Assembly: GCA_905339405.1 (NCBI GenBank)
Contig: CAJPGC010000034.1
Location: 3,052-67,051 of the forward strand
Direction of reading: 5' to 3'
Origin: an uncultured bacterium
GTDB taxonomy: Bacteria; Desulfobacterota; GWC2-55-46
DNA length: 64,000 nt
Under the pieces are notes generated by a model. The model was not told where the DNA came from. It was given only the letters and a program-made list of their open reading frames with translations, and ran no database searches. The number at the start of each line of letters is the position of its first letter. The stretch's first letter is position 1. This document shows, one piece after another, positions 26,789 through 36,382 of the stretch. Made by a program: the position numbers and the translations under genes.

Positions 26789-26804
26789 TGCTGGAGTTCT
26801 TTGC

Positions 26805-28235
26805 GTGAGTTTACAAATCGACACCCGGCCAATCTGGCTGATACTGGCCATCAAATGCCTGAGGCCGGTATTTTTCCTGGTCCTTGCCTCGCTGTTCCTG
26901 TATTTCATCTGGATGCCCGCACCCGTGGGCCTCTCAATAGAGGGCCAGCGGGCCATCGCCGTATTCCTCCTTTGCCTCGTCCTGTGGGTATCTAACGCGA
27001 TACCGCTGGCGATAACGGGCATACTCGCCATCGTGCTGGTGCCGGTCCTAGGGATACTCCCGAACAAGGTCACTTATTCCCTTTTCGGGAACGAGGCCGT
27101 CTTTTTCATACTCGGCGCGTTCATCCTCGCGGGCGCGGTCATGCACTCGGGCATATCGAACAGGCTCGCCCTGTACATACTCGACAGGTTCGGGGGCTCG
27201 CCGAGGGGTCTTCTCATAACGGTATTCCTGCTGGCGGCTGCGCTCTCGTTCATAATGTCCGAGCACGCCGTGGCGGCCATGCTCTTCCCCATAGTCATCG
27301 AAATATCCAAGAGCCTGGGCCTCAAGCCCGGGAAGTCCAATTATGGTAAGCTCCTTTTCTTCTCCATGGCCTGGGGTTGCATAATCGGCGGCGTGGCGAC
27401 GTTCCTGGGGGGGGCGAGGGTGCCGCTAGCCGTGGGCATATTGAAGGAGACGACCGGCAGCCAGATAGGCTTTCTCGACTATTCCATCGCCGTCTTCCCG
27501 CTCGTCGTCATACTCCTTTTCGCGGGCTACATGCTCCTTACAAGGATATTCCCCATCGACATAACCGGGGTCGAGGAAGCCCACGGGGTCCTGAAGAAAA
27601 GGCTCAAGGCGCTTGGAAAACTGAGCTTCAGCGAGTACTCGGTCGGGGCGGTCCTCGCCATTACGGTCTTCGCCTGGATAGTCCTGGGCGAGAAGTTCGG
27701 GCTGGCGGCCATCGCGCTGGCCTCTGTCGTGGCCCTTTTCGTCTTCAGGATGGTAAGGTGGAAAGATATAGAAGAATACGTCAATTGGGGTATAATACTC
27801 ATGTACGGCGGGGCCATCGTGCTGGGGTCTGCCCTCGACAAGAGCGGCGCGGCCAAGTGGCTCGTCGGCATGGCTATAGGAGACTGGGCGAGCGAGCCCT
27901 GGGCGGCTTTCGCGCTCTTCTCGTTCCTTTCGATACTGCTTACGGCCGCCATGAGCAACGCGGCCGTCATCGCCGTGCTCCTGCCTGTGAGCATCGGCAT
28001 GGCTCAGACGCTCTCCATCGACCCCGTCATGCTCACTTACGCCATAGCGGTACCGGCAGGCCTCGATTTCATGTTCCCGATGGGCACGCCGGCCATCGCG
28101 ATAGCGGCCTCCTCGAACTACATAACCGTCAAGGAGAGCGCCAAGGGCGGCTTCGTCATGTTCGTCGCCGCATGGGTCGTTTTCAACCTCGTGGCGGCCT
28201 TCTGGTGGCCGCTCATAGGCATGGGCTATAGATGA
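26805..28235 (+). CDS. SLC13/DASS anion (probably sulfate) transporter
   Basis: Many TM helices; LSFIMSEHA, IGGVATFLGG, VNWGIILMYGG, MSNAA, FMFPMGTPA. GTG start with GGAG preferred over 26763. Confidence 0.9.
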   Translation: MSLQIDTRPIWLILAIKCLRPVFFLVLASLFLYFIWMPAPVGLSIEGQRAIAVFLLCLVLWVSNAIPLAITGILAIVLVPVLGILPNKVTYSLFGNEAVFFILGAFILAGAVMHSGISNRLALYILDRFGGSPRGLLITVFLLAAALSFIMSEHAVAAMLFPIVIEISKSLGLKPGKSNYGKLLFFSMAWGCIIGGVATFLGGARVPLAVGILKETTGSQIGFLDYSIAVFPLVVILLFAGYMLLTRIFPIDITGVEEAHGVLKKRLKALGKLSFSEYSVGAVLAITVFAWIVLGEKFGLAAIALASVVALFVFRMVRWKDIEEYVNWGIILMYGGAIVLGSALDKSGAAKWLVGMAIGDWASEPWAAFALFSFLSILLTAAMSNAAVIAVLLPVSIGMAQTLSIDPVMLTYAIAVPAGLDFMFPMGTPAIAIAASSNYITVKESAKGGFVMFVAAWVVFNLVAAFWWPLIGMGYR

Positions 28236-28747
28236 AGAAGATACTCCTCGTGCTGTCGTACTCGGGTTTTTCAGGCAAGGCCATCGACGAGGCCGTAGCC
28301 AGGGCCAAAAAGGAGAAGGCGGCGCTTGCCGCCCTTTACCTTCTGGAAGGCGGGGCGGCCGAGAGCGTCTTCGACAAGTTTTCGGATATCGGCTTCATGG
28401 GCGACAGGCCTTCCGAGGACCTCTCCAGGCTCCTCATGAAGGAGTCGAGGCAAAGGGGTTACGAAGCGCTCGGCAAGGTGCAGATAAAGGCGATGGAAGA
28501 GGGCGTCCCGTTCGAGCCGCTGGTGGAAGAGGACGCAACTGTTGAAAAGGTCCTTGCGGTCATCGAAAAGACAGACCCTTCCGCCGTCTACGTGCTCAAG
28601 AGGAAGCAGAGGGCGTTTTTCAAGTATTTTACAAGATCGCTCGCCGACGAGCTTGCCGAAAGGGCAGGCTGCGAGGTGGCGGTGATTACCGAAGAAGGCG
28701 AACAGGAAAAGGAGGACGGTAATGTCAAAGGTATGGACGGAAAGTGA
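28232..28747 (+). CDS. Universal stress protein-like domain protein
   Basis: MKKILLVLS, ALYLLE, SLADELAERAGCEVAVI; ATGA-coupled to the transporter. Confidence 0.7.
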   Translation: MKKILLVLSYSGFSGKAIDEAVARAKKEKAALAALYLLEGGAAESVFDKFSDIGFMGDRPSEDLSRLLMKESRQRGYEALGKVQIKAMEEGVPFEPLVEEDATVEKVLAVIEKTDPSAVYVLKRKQRAFFKYFTRSLADELAERAGCEVAVITEEGEQEKEDGNVKGMDGK

Positions 28748-29420
28748 ACTGAAAAATATAAGCGAAAGCCTCGAAGGAAAGGCGCCCGAAGAAGCGGTAA
28801 GGTGGGCGGTAGAGAACTTCGGGAAAAAAGAGCTTTCACTGGCGTGCAGTTTCGGGGCCGAGGACGTCGTGCTGGTAGACATGCTCGTGAAGATAAAGCC
28901 GGACGCGAGGATATTCTACCTGGACACGGACCTGCTCTTCAAGGAGACCCACGAACTCATGGAGAGGGTAAAAGCGAAATACGGCGTTGCCCCCGAGAGG
29001 TACGGCGCGAAAGCAACGCTTGAGCAGATGGAAAAGGACCTGGGCCCGGAGCTCTGGAAGAGGGAGCCGGACAAGTGCTGCGATATTAGGAAGATGGTCC
29101 CGCTGGCCGAGGCGCTATCCGAGCTCCGCTGCTGGATAACCGGCATAAGGCGCGACCAGGCCCCGACGAGGGCTAACGCTCCGGTCGTGAGCTGGGACGC
29201 GAAGTTCGGCCTCGTGAAGGTCAATCCGCTCGTCAGGTGGACCACTAAAGACGTCTGGGACTACATCACGAAGAATAACGTGCCGTACTGCACCCTTCAC
29301 GACAAGAACTTCCCGTCGATAGGCTGCGAGCCCTGCACCAGGCCGGTGGCTCCCGGGGAAGACCCGAGGGCCGGCAGGTGGGCCGGTTTCCAGAAGACCG
29401 AGTGCGGCCTTCACAAGTAG
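28722..29420 (+). CDS. cysH: Assimilatory APS reductase (CysH family, Fe-S type)
   Basis: SFGAED, LDT..LF.ET, KCCDIRK and SIGCEPCT (CC..CxxC), RAGRW, ECGLH. Confidence 0.93.
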   Translation: MSKVWTESELKNISESLEGKAPEEAVRWAVENFGKKELSLACSFGAEDVVLVDMLVKIKPDARIFYLDTDLLFKETHELMERVKAKYGVAPERYGAKATLEQMEKDLGPELWKREPDKCCDIRKMVPLAEALSELRCWITGIRRDQAPTRANAPVVSWDAKFGLVKVNPLVRWTTKDVWDYITKNNVPYCTLHDKNFPSIGCEPCTRPVAPGEDPRAGRWAGFQKTECGLHK

Positions 29421-29433
29421 GAAAAGATTTGTT

Positions 29434-29513
29434 GTCATTCTGAAGGAGCAAAGCGGCTGAAGAATCTCGTGCCTGCATCAAAAGACGAGATTCTTCGCTG
29501 CGCTCAGAATGAC
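29434..29513. repeat. REP-like palindromic element (GTCATT...AATGAC type), copy 2
   Basis: GTCATTCTGAAGGAGCAAAGCGGCTGAAGAATCTC...GAGATTCTTCGCTGCGCTCAGAATGAC. Confidence 0.8.
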
Positions 29514-29621
29514 GAAATTTATAAGCATGAATCATTGTGGCAAACCGGAGCAATACTGCATTTGCTCCGCCCGCGATGTTCTTTATCCTATAAAAAGAAA
29601 ATCCCCAGGAGGTATTTTTTC

Positions 29622-30788
29622 GTGGAAGGACTCATAAGGCCGCACGGCGGAGTGCTCGTAAACAGGATCCTCGAAGGCAAGGAGAGGGAGGACGCCGCCA
29701 ACAGGGCCGCCGGACTCAGGAAGATACGCCTCAACGAAAGGGAGATATCAGACCTCGAGATGATCTCCATCGGGGCATTGAGCCCCCTTGAAGGCTTCAT
29801 GGGCAGGGACGACTACCATTCGGTCATGGACACCATGCACATGAAGAACGGCCTGCCCTGGACGATACCCATAACACTTTCGGTCACGGCCGAAGAGGCT
29901 GGAGCCCTGAAGGCCGGTATGGAAGTGGCTTTGACCGACGGCGAGGGAACCGTGCTGGCCGTCATGTCGATAGCCGAGATATTCCCCCACGACAAGGAAA
30001 AGGAAGCGATACAGGTCTACGGCACCAGCGAGGACAAGCACCCCGGCGTCAAGAAGGTCTACGAGATGGGCGAGATGCTCCTGGGCGGCAAGGTGTCGAC
30101 CATAAAGAGACCTGTGCACACGAAGTTCATGGAAGAGAGGCTCGACCCGAAGGACACGAGGGCCCTGTTTACAGAGAAGGGCTGGAAGAAGGTCGTCGGT
30201 TTCCAGACTAGGAACCCCATACACAGGGCGCACGAGTACATCCAGAAGTGCGCTCTGGAGATAGTCGACGGCATACTCATACACCCGCTCGTCGGCGAGA
30301 CGAAGTCGGACGACATCCCGGCCGAGGTGAGGATGAAGTGCTACAAGGCCCTCATCTCCGGTTACTACCCGAAGGACAGGGTCGCCCTCGTCGTCAACCC
30401 GGCGGCCATGAGGTATGCCGGGCCCAAAGAGGCGGTTTTCCACGCCCTCATCAGGAAGAACTACGGCTGCACCCACTTCATAATAGGCAGGGACCACGCC
30501 GGGGTCGGCAACTACTACGGCACCTTCGACGCCCATTACATCTTCGAGAACTTCGACCCGCTGGCCATCGGCATAACGCCGCTGTTCTTCGACTACACCT
30601 TCTTCTGCAAGTGCTGCGGCGGCATGGCTTCGTACAAGACCTGCCCGCACGAGTCGGCGAACCACATAATCCTGTCAGGCACAAAGGTCAGGGAGATGCT
30701 GAGGAGCGGCGTTTGCCCGCCGCCGGAATTCTCAAGGCCGGAAGTTGCAAAGATTCTGATAGAGGCCATGCAGGGCCAGGCCCAGTAG
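29622..30788 (+). CDS. sat: Sulfate adenylyltransferase (ATP sulfurylase)
   Basis: PHGG.LVN, SPLEGFM, FQTRNPIHRAHEY, MRYAGPKEA, GRDHAGVG, LSGTKVR; GTG start with AGGAGG. Confidence 0.97.
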   Translation: MEGLIRPHGGVLVNRILEGKEREDAANRAAGLRKIRLNEREISDLEMISIGALSPLEGFMGRDDYHSVMDTMHMKNGLPWTIPITLSVTAEEAGALKAGMEVALTDGEGTVLAVMSIAEIFPHDKEKEAIQVYGTSEDKHPGVKKVYEMGEMLLGGKVSTIKRPVHTKFMEERLDPKDTRALFTEKGWKKVVGFQTRNPIHRAHEYIQKCALEIVDGILIHPLVGETKSDDIPAEVRMKCYKALISGYYPKDRVALVVNPAAMRYAGPKEAVFHALIRKNYGCTHFIIGRDHAGVGNYYGTFDAHYIFENFDPLAIGITPLFFDYTFFCKCCGGMASYKTCPHESANHIILSGTKVREMLRSGVCPPPEFSRPEVAKILIEAMQGQAQ

Positions 30789-30793
30789 TACAC

Positions 30794-30828
30794 AAAAGCC
30801 GCTCTCTGACAGAGAGCGGCTTTTTTTT
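30794..30828 (+). terminator. Intrinsic terminator
   Basis: AAAAGCCGCTCTCT-GAC-AGAGAGCGGCTTTTTTTT. Confidence 0.88.
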
Positions 30829-30855
30829 GACTAATAAAGGGGAGAGGTTTTTTTT

Positions 30856-32034
30856 ATGAGGGAGCTGAGAGAGGAGTACCTGAAGACCGCCGAAGGACTC
30901 AAGGAAAGGCTCACAGCCTTGAGCGACGATTTTTTCAGGAACCCGGAGCTCGGGCTCGAGGAGGAGCGCACCTCCGCCATGATGCAGGATGTTTTGAAAG
31001 AGGCGGGCTTTGTTGTCGAGCCGCACGTTGCAGGGATGAAGACCGCCTTCAAGGCTTCAATCGGCTCCGGGAGCCCAAGGATAGCCTTGCTTGCCGAGAT
31101 GGACGCCCTGCCGGGCATTGGCCACGGCTGCGGCCATAACATCGGAGGGACGGCTTCGATAGGCGCTGGAATAGCGCTGGCCAAGACCCTTTCGGGCCGC
31201 CTCAAACCCGGCCAGGGCACGCTGTTGGTGCTGGGCACCCCTGCAGAAGAGCTCGGCAAGGGCAAGATAGAGATGGTGAAAGCCGGGGTCTTCGAAGGCA
31301 TAGACGCCTCGATGATGGTACACGGCTCATCCAAAAGGACCGTGTTGAAGCACTTCCTCGGCCTTGAGAGGCTGAGCTTCACTTTCCACGGCCGCTCGTC
31401 ACACGCTTCCGCCTATCCGGAGGAAGGCATAAACGCCCTGGACGCCGTGATACTCCTTTTTAACTCAATAGGTCTTCTCCGCCAGCAGGTGAGAAGCGAC
31501 GTGCGTATACACGGCATCATAACCGACGGCGGCAGGAAGCCGAACATCATCCCCGAGAGGGCTGCCGCAAGCTTCTACGTCAGGGCGAACGACCTTAAGG
31601 AGCTGGCCTCGGTAAAGGAACGCGTCATCAACTGCGCCAGGGGAGCCGCGGCCGCTTCGGGCTGCACCGTGGAAGTTGCCAACGGAGGCGACCTGAACGC
31701 TCCGATGAAGATAAACATGGCCTTCATAGAGCTGTACAGGGGCGTATTGAAGTCTTTGGCCCTCAAGGAAGACACCCAGCCGCCCGAGAAGAACGTAGGC
31801 TCCTCGGATATCGGCAACGTCTCGCAGATAATACCGACCATACACCCGCACGTGCCCATTCGTGAGGGGATAAACATCCATACGCGCGAGTTTGCCGAGG
31901 CCACGGCCACGCCGGACGGCCACAGGGCCCTCATGGAAGGCGTTTGCACCCTCGGACTTACCGCAATCGAGCTTCTTTTCAACAGGGAAGCGCTCGAGGC
32001 CGTAAAAAAGGACTTCACAGAAAGCCGGCCCTGA
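30856..32034 (+). CDS. M20 family amidohydrolase (PM20D2/AbgB-like)
   Basis: NPELGLEE, AEMDAL, GHGCGHN, GTPAEE, SHAS.YPEEGINALDA, GSSDIGNVS, IHT.EF. Confidence 0.9.
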   Translation: MRELREEYLKTAEGLKERLTALSDDFFRNPELGLEEERTSAMMQDVLKEAGFVVEPHVAGMKTAFKASIGSGSPRIALLAEMDALPGIGHGCGHNIGGTASIGAGIALAKTLSGRLKPGQGTLLVLGTPAEELGKGKIEMVKAGVFEGIDASMMVHGSSKRTVLKHFLGLERLSFTFHGRSSHASAYPEEGINALDAVILLFNSIGLLRQQVRSDVRIHGIITDGGRKPNIIPERAAASFYVRANDLKELASVKERVINCARGAAAASGCTVEVANGGDLNAPMKINMAFIELYRGVLKSLALKEDTQPPEKNVGSSDIGNVSQIIPTIHPHVPIREGINIHTREFAEATATPDGHRALMEGVCTLGLTAIELLFNREALEAVKKDFTESRP

Positions 32035-32234
32035 AAAAGCCCGTTATTCATTTCGGGCCGGCGCACATCCAGAGAACTCATCCCGCATTAAACCCTAAAT
32101 TGTTTCAGTGTTTTTGCCGATTTGTACCCAACGGCACAGCCTCCGGGAGAGGTTTGTGGTAAGAGGTGGTTGGCTCTGGTGCACGGAGGCGGCCCCCACA
32201 AAATGGCCGCCATTTTGAAGGAGATTCGGAGTCT

Positions 32235-32822
32235 ATGATAGATTTGAGGAACTTCACCAGAAGAACGATAATGATCAAGCCCGACTACCAGTTGAGGCTT
32301 GCCGTCAAGGTCTCGTTAAGCATCATCCTGTACTCGTTCATACTGGGCTTCATAATCTTTTACCCGCTCTACCAGGACCTCATGTCCGCCGCAACCATCG
32401 AGAAGCAGGCGGTCATCTCTTCAGTCGTGCTCTATTTGCACAAGAGCTTCTGGCCCGGGTTCGTCCTCGTGGCTCTGCTCGCGGGGCTTCAGGCCATCTG
32501 GTCTTCGCACGCTCTGGTGGGCCCGATGTACAGGTTCGAAAAGACGGTGCAGGAGCTCATCTCCGGGAACTACTCCATCAGGATAAAGATAAGGAAAAGG
32601 GACGAGTTCAAGGAGATGGAAGGGTTCCTGAACAAGCTGGCCGCGACCCTGGAAGAGGCCAGGACCAGGGACAACCAGTTCTACCATGACGCAAGGATAA
32701 AACTTGAGACGATAAAGGCGATGCTCGAGGCTGAAGGGGCGGAATATCCCGCTGACGTCAAAAGGCTCGCGCAGGAGCTCATCTACGAGCTCGACGCGAG
32801 GGACGCTTACCGCGCAAGGTAG
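32235..32822 (+). CDS. Two-TM HAMP-domain protein without output domain
   Basis: RRTIMIKPDYQ N-terminus, two TM helices, SH.LVGPMYRF...G.YS.RIKIRKRDEF. Confidence 0.8.
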   Translation: MIDLRNFTRRTIMIKPDYQLRLAVKVSLSIILYSFILGFIIFYPLYQDLMSAATIEKQAVISSVVLYLHKSFWPGFVLVALLAGLQAIWSSHALVGPMYRFEKTVQELISGNYSIRIKIRKRDEFKEMEGFLNKLAATLEEARTRDNQFYHDARIKLETIKAMLEAEGAEYPADVKRLAQELIYELDARDAYRAR

Positions 32823-32836
32823 ACCGGACAAAGTTG

Positions 32837-33313
32837 ATGACGACCTACGTCAGGGCTTTTAAAACGGCTGGAAAGCAAAAAGGCTTCACTCTTTTGGAGC
32901 TTCTCATCGCCGTAGCCATTGTGGCCGTTCTCGCGGCAATCGCAGTGCCAGCCTACATCTCTTTCATCCAGAGGGCGAAGGAGACGGCCGTCATATCCTA
33001 TCTCACGAAGATGAGGTCAGCACAGGAGACTTATAAGCTCGACGACGCCTCGAGCTTCTATTCGGGAAGTTTCGACGAGCTCGAGACGACCGGGTTCATC
33101 CCGGCCGCAGCCGGGGCCGCCTCAAGGGTGGAGCACGAATATCAGCTCGACCTTACAGCCGGTGTATTGGGCGGCGAGCCTTTCTGGAACGTCCTGGCAG
33201 CCCCGCTTTCCGCGAGCCCCAAGGCAAGACACTTCTACGCAGACCAGACAGGGATTTTAAGGTACGCCGTGGGCGCACCGGCAGGCCCTGGCAGCGCGCC
33301 TGTCGGCAGGTGA
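32837..33313 (+). CDS. Type IV pilin-like protein (class III signal peptide)
   Basis: KQKG|FTLLELLIAVAIVAVLAAIAVPAY with E5; C-terminal RHFYADQTGILR. Confidence 0.9.
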   Translation: MTTYVRAFKTAGKQKGFTLLELLIAVAIVAVLAAIAVPAYISFIQRAKETAVISYLTKMRSAQETYKLDDASSFYSGSFDELETTGFIPAAAGAASRVEHEYQLDLTAGVLGGEPFWNVLAAPLSASPKARHFYADQTGILRYAVGAPAGPGSAPVGR

Positions 33314-33440
33314 TGTTTTCCCAGTATAATCAAGCTGTTCCGTTCTTGGCTGATGACTTTGGCCGCTGAATGTGCTATATAGTTTTTGCAGGCCACGCGC
33401 GCTTTTCCGCCCGGCCGGCCTGCTGAAAAAGGAGGCGTCG

Positions 33441-34613
33441 ATGAAGCACAGAGCCCTCTGTCCCGGGCACAATCCCGGCATCTTTTTCACTCTGCTCGTA
33501 TCCCTGTTCCTCGCGTTCCTTTTACCCGTTGCTGCCAGCTCTGAAGAACAAATGACAATCGATTCGACCGGCACAGCCTCGATAAGCCCGGGCGGCCCAG
33601 CTTCGGCGAGGGACGCCGCAATAGCCGACGCGTTGAGGAAAGCCGTCGAGCAGGCCGCAGGTACTCTGGTGGCCTCCGACACGCTCGTTGAGAACTTCCA
33701 GGTATTGGAAGACAGCGTCTATACGAAAAGCCAGGGCTTCGTCAAGAGCTACTCCATAATATCCGAGGGGCAGCAGGCCGGGTTGTACGAGGTCAGTGTA
33801 AAGGCTGTCGTTGCAACAGGCGCCCTCGCTGGCGGCCTCGACGCGCTTGGCCTCTTGCAGAAAAAGGCGGAGCGCCCGCGCGTGCTTTTCATGGTGGCTG
33901 AGAAGGGATTTGCCTTGAGCGAGTACGATTATTGGTGGAACAACGAAGGGCGAGCGCGCCGGATTTCAGCAACAGATGCCGCTCTCAAACAGGCCTTTAT
34001 TTCAAAGGGCTTCAACGTAGTCGACGGCAGGGCAATAGATGGTCTGCTGGGCCCCATTGGCGTTGACGTTACGGAGCAGGACGCGGCAAGGATGGGCAGG
34101 GCGCTCGACGCTGAGGTCGTCGTCTTCGGGAAAGTCTTCATCGAGGAGGGGCCGTCCTCAGGGGCCACTTCCATCGTAACCTACATGGCGGACATGACGG
34201 CCGAGGCCGCGAGGGTCGACGACGGGGTTGTGCTCGCCTCCCAGAAGGGTCGCGGAATCTCAAGGCACATATCAGCCGTGACGGGCAGCGGGGAAGCGGT
34301 AAGCAGGGCCGCCGCGATAGTCGCGGAAGGGCTCACAACGCAGATAGCCGAGAAGTGGGCAGGCCCGCAGACCATCCGCATAACCCTCAAAGGCATGGAC
34401 TACGGAAAGGCGGTCGAGTTCAAGCGTTTCCTCAAGACCAGGGTGAGGGGCATAGAGGCCATCTACCAGAGGCGGCACGCAGAAGGGGAGACCGCCCTAG
34501 AAGTGGAAGTCAAGACAGGCGCGCAGGCTGTGGCCGACGAGATAGCGAGGCACGGGAAGTACAGGGTCATTGGTTTCAGCGCCCACGCGTTAGAGGTCGA
34601 GGGGGCTGAATAA
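33441..34613 (+). CDS. Exported protein with FlgT-N/LPP20-like N-terminal domain
   Basis: Signal peptide; ARDAAIADALRKAVEQAAG..V.S.T.VENFQV; middle alpha/beta domain GRALDAEVVVFG; AGGAGG RBS. Confidence 0.7.
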   Translation: MKHRALCPGHNPGIFFTLLVSLFLAFLLPVAASSEEQMTIDSTGTASISPGGPASARDAAIADALRKAVEQAAGTLVASDTLVENFQVLEDSVYTKSQGFVKSYSIISEGQQAGLYEVSVKAVVATGALAGGLDALGLLQKKAERPRVLFMVAEKGFALSEYDYWWNNEGRARRISATDAALKQAFISKGFNVVDGRAIDGLLGPIGVDVTEQDAARMGRALDAEVVVFGKVFIEEGPSSGATSIVTYMADMTAEAARVDDGVVLASQKGRGISRHISAVTGSGEAVSRAAAIVAEGLTTQIAEKWAGPQTIRITLKGMDYGKAVEFKRFLKTRVRGIEAIYQRRHAEGETALEVEVKTGAQAVADEIARHGKYRVIGFSAHALEVEGAE

Positions 34614-35375
34614 GTGCGTTTTCCAGCTGCGAGGCTTTTTTTCCTTCTCGGCATCGTGTTTGTCTTAGCCTCTTGCGCGGCGCACACGCCCCGGTACGCC
34701 CCTGATTATTCAAACCCCGTCTACACGGTAGCGGTGCTGCCGTTCTACAACGTCACGAACGACGTGGGCGGGGCGATGGGGCTCCGTGAGGATTTTCAGA
34801 GGAGGCTCGAGCACAGGCACTACAAGTTCATGCCCTTGAAGGAGGTCGATGAGATCCTCCTCAACAGGATGGGCATAACACTAGGCGACCAGCTAGAGAT
34901 GACCGACGCCATGGAGCTCGGCAAGGTACTCGGTGTTGACGGCCTGGTCTACGGCTACGTGCTCGACTTCGACGACGTAACGACCGGCGTTTACAACGTG
35001 AAGAAGGTGAGGGCAGGGTTCAAGCTCGTTGACGCGAAGACTGGAAAAGTCCTGTGGACCGGCGCCAGGGGCGTCAAGAGCGTCATCGCGGGAGGCAAGG
35101 CTGGCGTCGGCATAAGCGTTCTTAAGGAGGCGGCTGGCGAGGACAGCTTCAGCTCCTACGGGATAAAGGGGCTCGACGAGATAGAAGGGCTGGACGACTG
35201 GCACATAATACGCGCGGGAGCGACGAAAAGGTTCGAGGACGCGGCGATGCTCTCGCTCGGTGAGATGCTCATAACGAAGGCCTTTGGCGTCCACCTGTGG
35301 CTCGAGTCGAACACGATGATGGAGATGGTCATGAGGGGCTTCCCTTCAGGGCCGGGGACGCCGAGGCACGAATAG
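34614..35375 (+). CDS. Lipoprotein, DUF799/GNA1162-like
   Basis: Lipobox LAS|C; TVAVLPFYNVT; ELGKVLGVDGLVYG; LVDAKTGKVLW. Confidence 0.72.
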   Translation: MRFPAARLFFLLGIVFVLASCAAHTPRYAPDYSNPVYTVAVLPFYNVTNDVGGAMGLREDFQRRLEHRHYKFMPLKEVDEILLNRMGITLGDQLEMTDAMELGKVLGVDGLVYGYVLDFDDVTTGVYNVKKVRAGFKLVDAKTGKVLWTGARGVKSVIAGGKAGVGISVLKEAAGEDSFSSYGIKGLDEIEGLDDWHIIRAGATKRFEDAAMLSLGEMLITKAFGVHLWLESNTMMEMVMRGFPSGPGTPRHE

Positions 35376-35410
35376 ACGGCACAACACGCATTCATTCAAA
35401 GGAGGCAGTG

Positions 35411-36373
35411 ATGAGGTTCAATTTTAACAGGTTCAATGGTCTGCTTGCCGTCTCTCTGGCGGCCGGCGTCTTTTTCGCTGGCTGTTCGCCCACAACGACG
35501 GGTTCGGTCAAAGAAGACGTCTCCCTGACGGGGCAGACGCAGGCATTGAAGGAGACGGGCACCCAGTACAGGGGCCCGGAGTACAACATAGCCATACTCG
35601 AGTTCGAGAACAAGACCCCGAGCAAGAGCCTCGGCGTCGGCGAGGCCGCAACCGACATCATGCGCACGATAGTGAAGCAGGCCGGGCTCGAACCCATCGT
35701 CGTGACTAAAACCGAGCTCAAGGAGCAGGAGAGGCTCATGGAGCTCCAGCAGTCCGGGGCCGTGAAAACTGGCCTCAAGAAGGCGGACGAGGGATACGAT
35801 TCGCTCGACTACAGGATAGCCGGTTCCGTGACGGCGTATCACGAGGTCGAGGAATCTTCCAACGTGCTCTTAAGCCAGAAAAAGACGCGCATCGCCAGGG
35901 TGCAGGTCGATTATTCGCTCGTGGACGTTGCCACGGGCAAGTCCCTGGTCTCGGATTCCGGCATGGGCGAGTACACCAAGACCACCGGCGGGATGCTCGG
36001 CATGGGCTCCAAGTCGACGGCAGACCCGGGCCTGCGCGACGGCGCGTTGAGGGACGCTCTGGCGAAGGCGTTGACCAGCATGGTCGCGAAGCTCAACGAG
36101 ATGCCCTTCACCGGCAAGGTCCTCCACGTTGACGGCAGGAGCGTCACCATAAGGGCCGGCACTAGGAGCAGGGTAGAGCCCGGCACGGTATTGTCGGTCT
36201 ACAGCACGGGGGTCGACCTTGTCGACCCTGACACCGGAAGGGTCATCGGCAAGAGGGAGAAGCTCATAGGCGAAATCAAGCTTGCCGAGCACCAGGGCGA
36301 GAGGATATCCGAGGCCGAGGTGAGTTCAGGCACAGGCTTCAAAGTGGGAGACGTGGTAAAGGTTAAAAAGTAG
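35411..36373 (+). CDS. CsgG/HfaB-like lipoprotein with FlgT-C-like beta domain
   Basis: Lipobox FAG|C; IAILEFENKT; IAGSVTAY; LVDVATG; C-terminal GKVLHVDG..VTIRAG...FKVGDVVKVK. Confidence 0.75.
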   Translation: MRFNFNRFNGLLAVSLAAGVFFAGCSPTTTGSVKEDVSLTGQTQALKETGTQYRGPEYNIAILEFENKTPSKSLGVGEAATDIMRTIVKQAGLEPIVVTKTELKEQERLMELQQSGAVKTGLKKADEGYDSLDYRIAGSVTAYHEVEESSNVLLSQKKTRIARVQVDYSLVDVATGKSLVSDSGMGEYTKTTGGMLGMGSKSTADPGLRDGALRDALAKALTSMVAKLNEMPFTGKVLHVDGRSVTIRAGTRSRVEPGTVLSVYSTGVDLVDPDTGRVIGKREKLIGEIKLAEHQGERISEAEVSSGTGFKVGDVVKVKK

Positions 36374-36382
36374 GAGGTCGGC

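Noticed and set aside
18670..29513. CRISPR array
   Set aside because: Repeats are 80-210 bp, dispersed and separated by whole genes; no regular spacers and no cas genes.
20420..29621. N-terminal extensions of ORFs at 20420, 25511 and 29469
   Set aside because: They begin inside repeat elements; downstream starts match the family N-termini.
20612..30788. Dissimilatory sulfate reduction
   Set aside because: No aprAB, qmo or dsrAB; CysH-type reductase and the SAM riboswitch indicate assimilation.
35411..36373. Curli biogenesis operon
   Set aside because: No csgA/B-like repeat proteins or csgE/F in the window.
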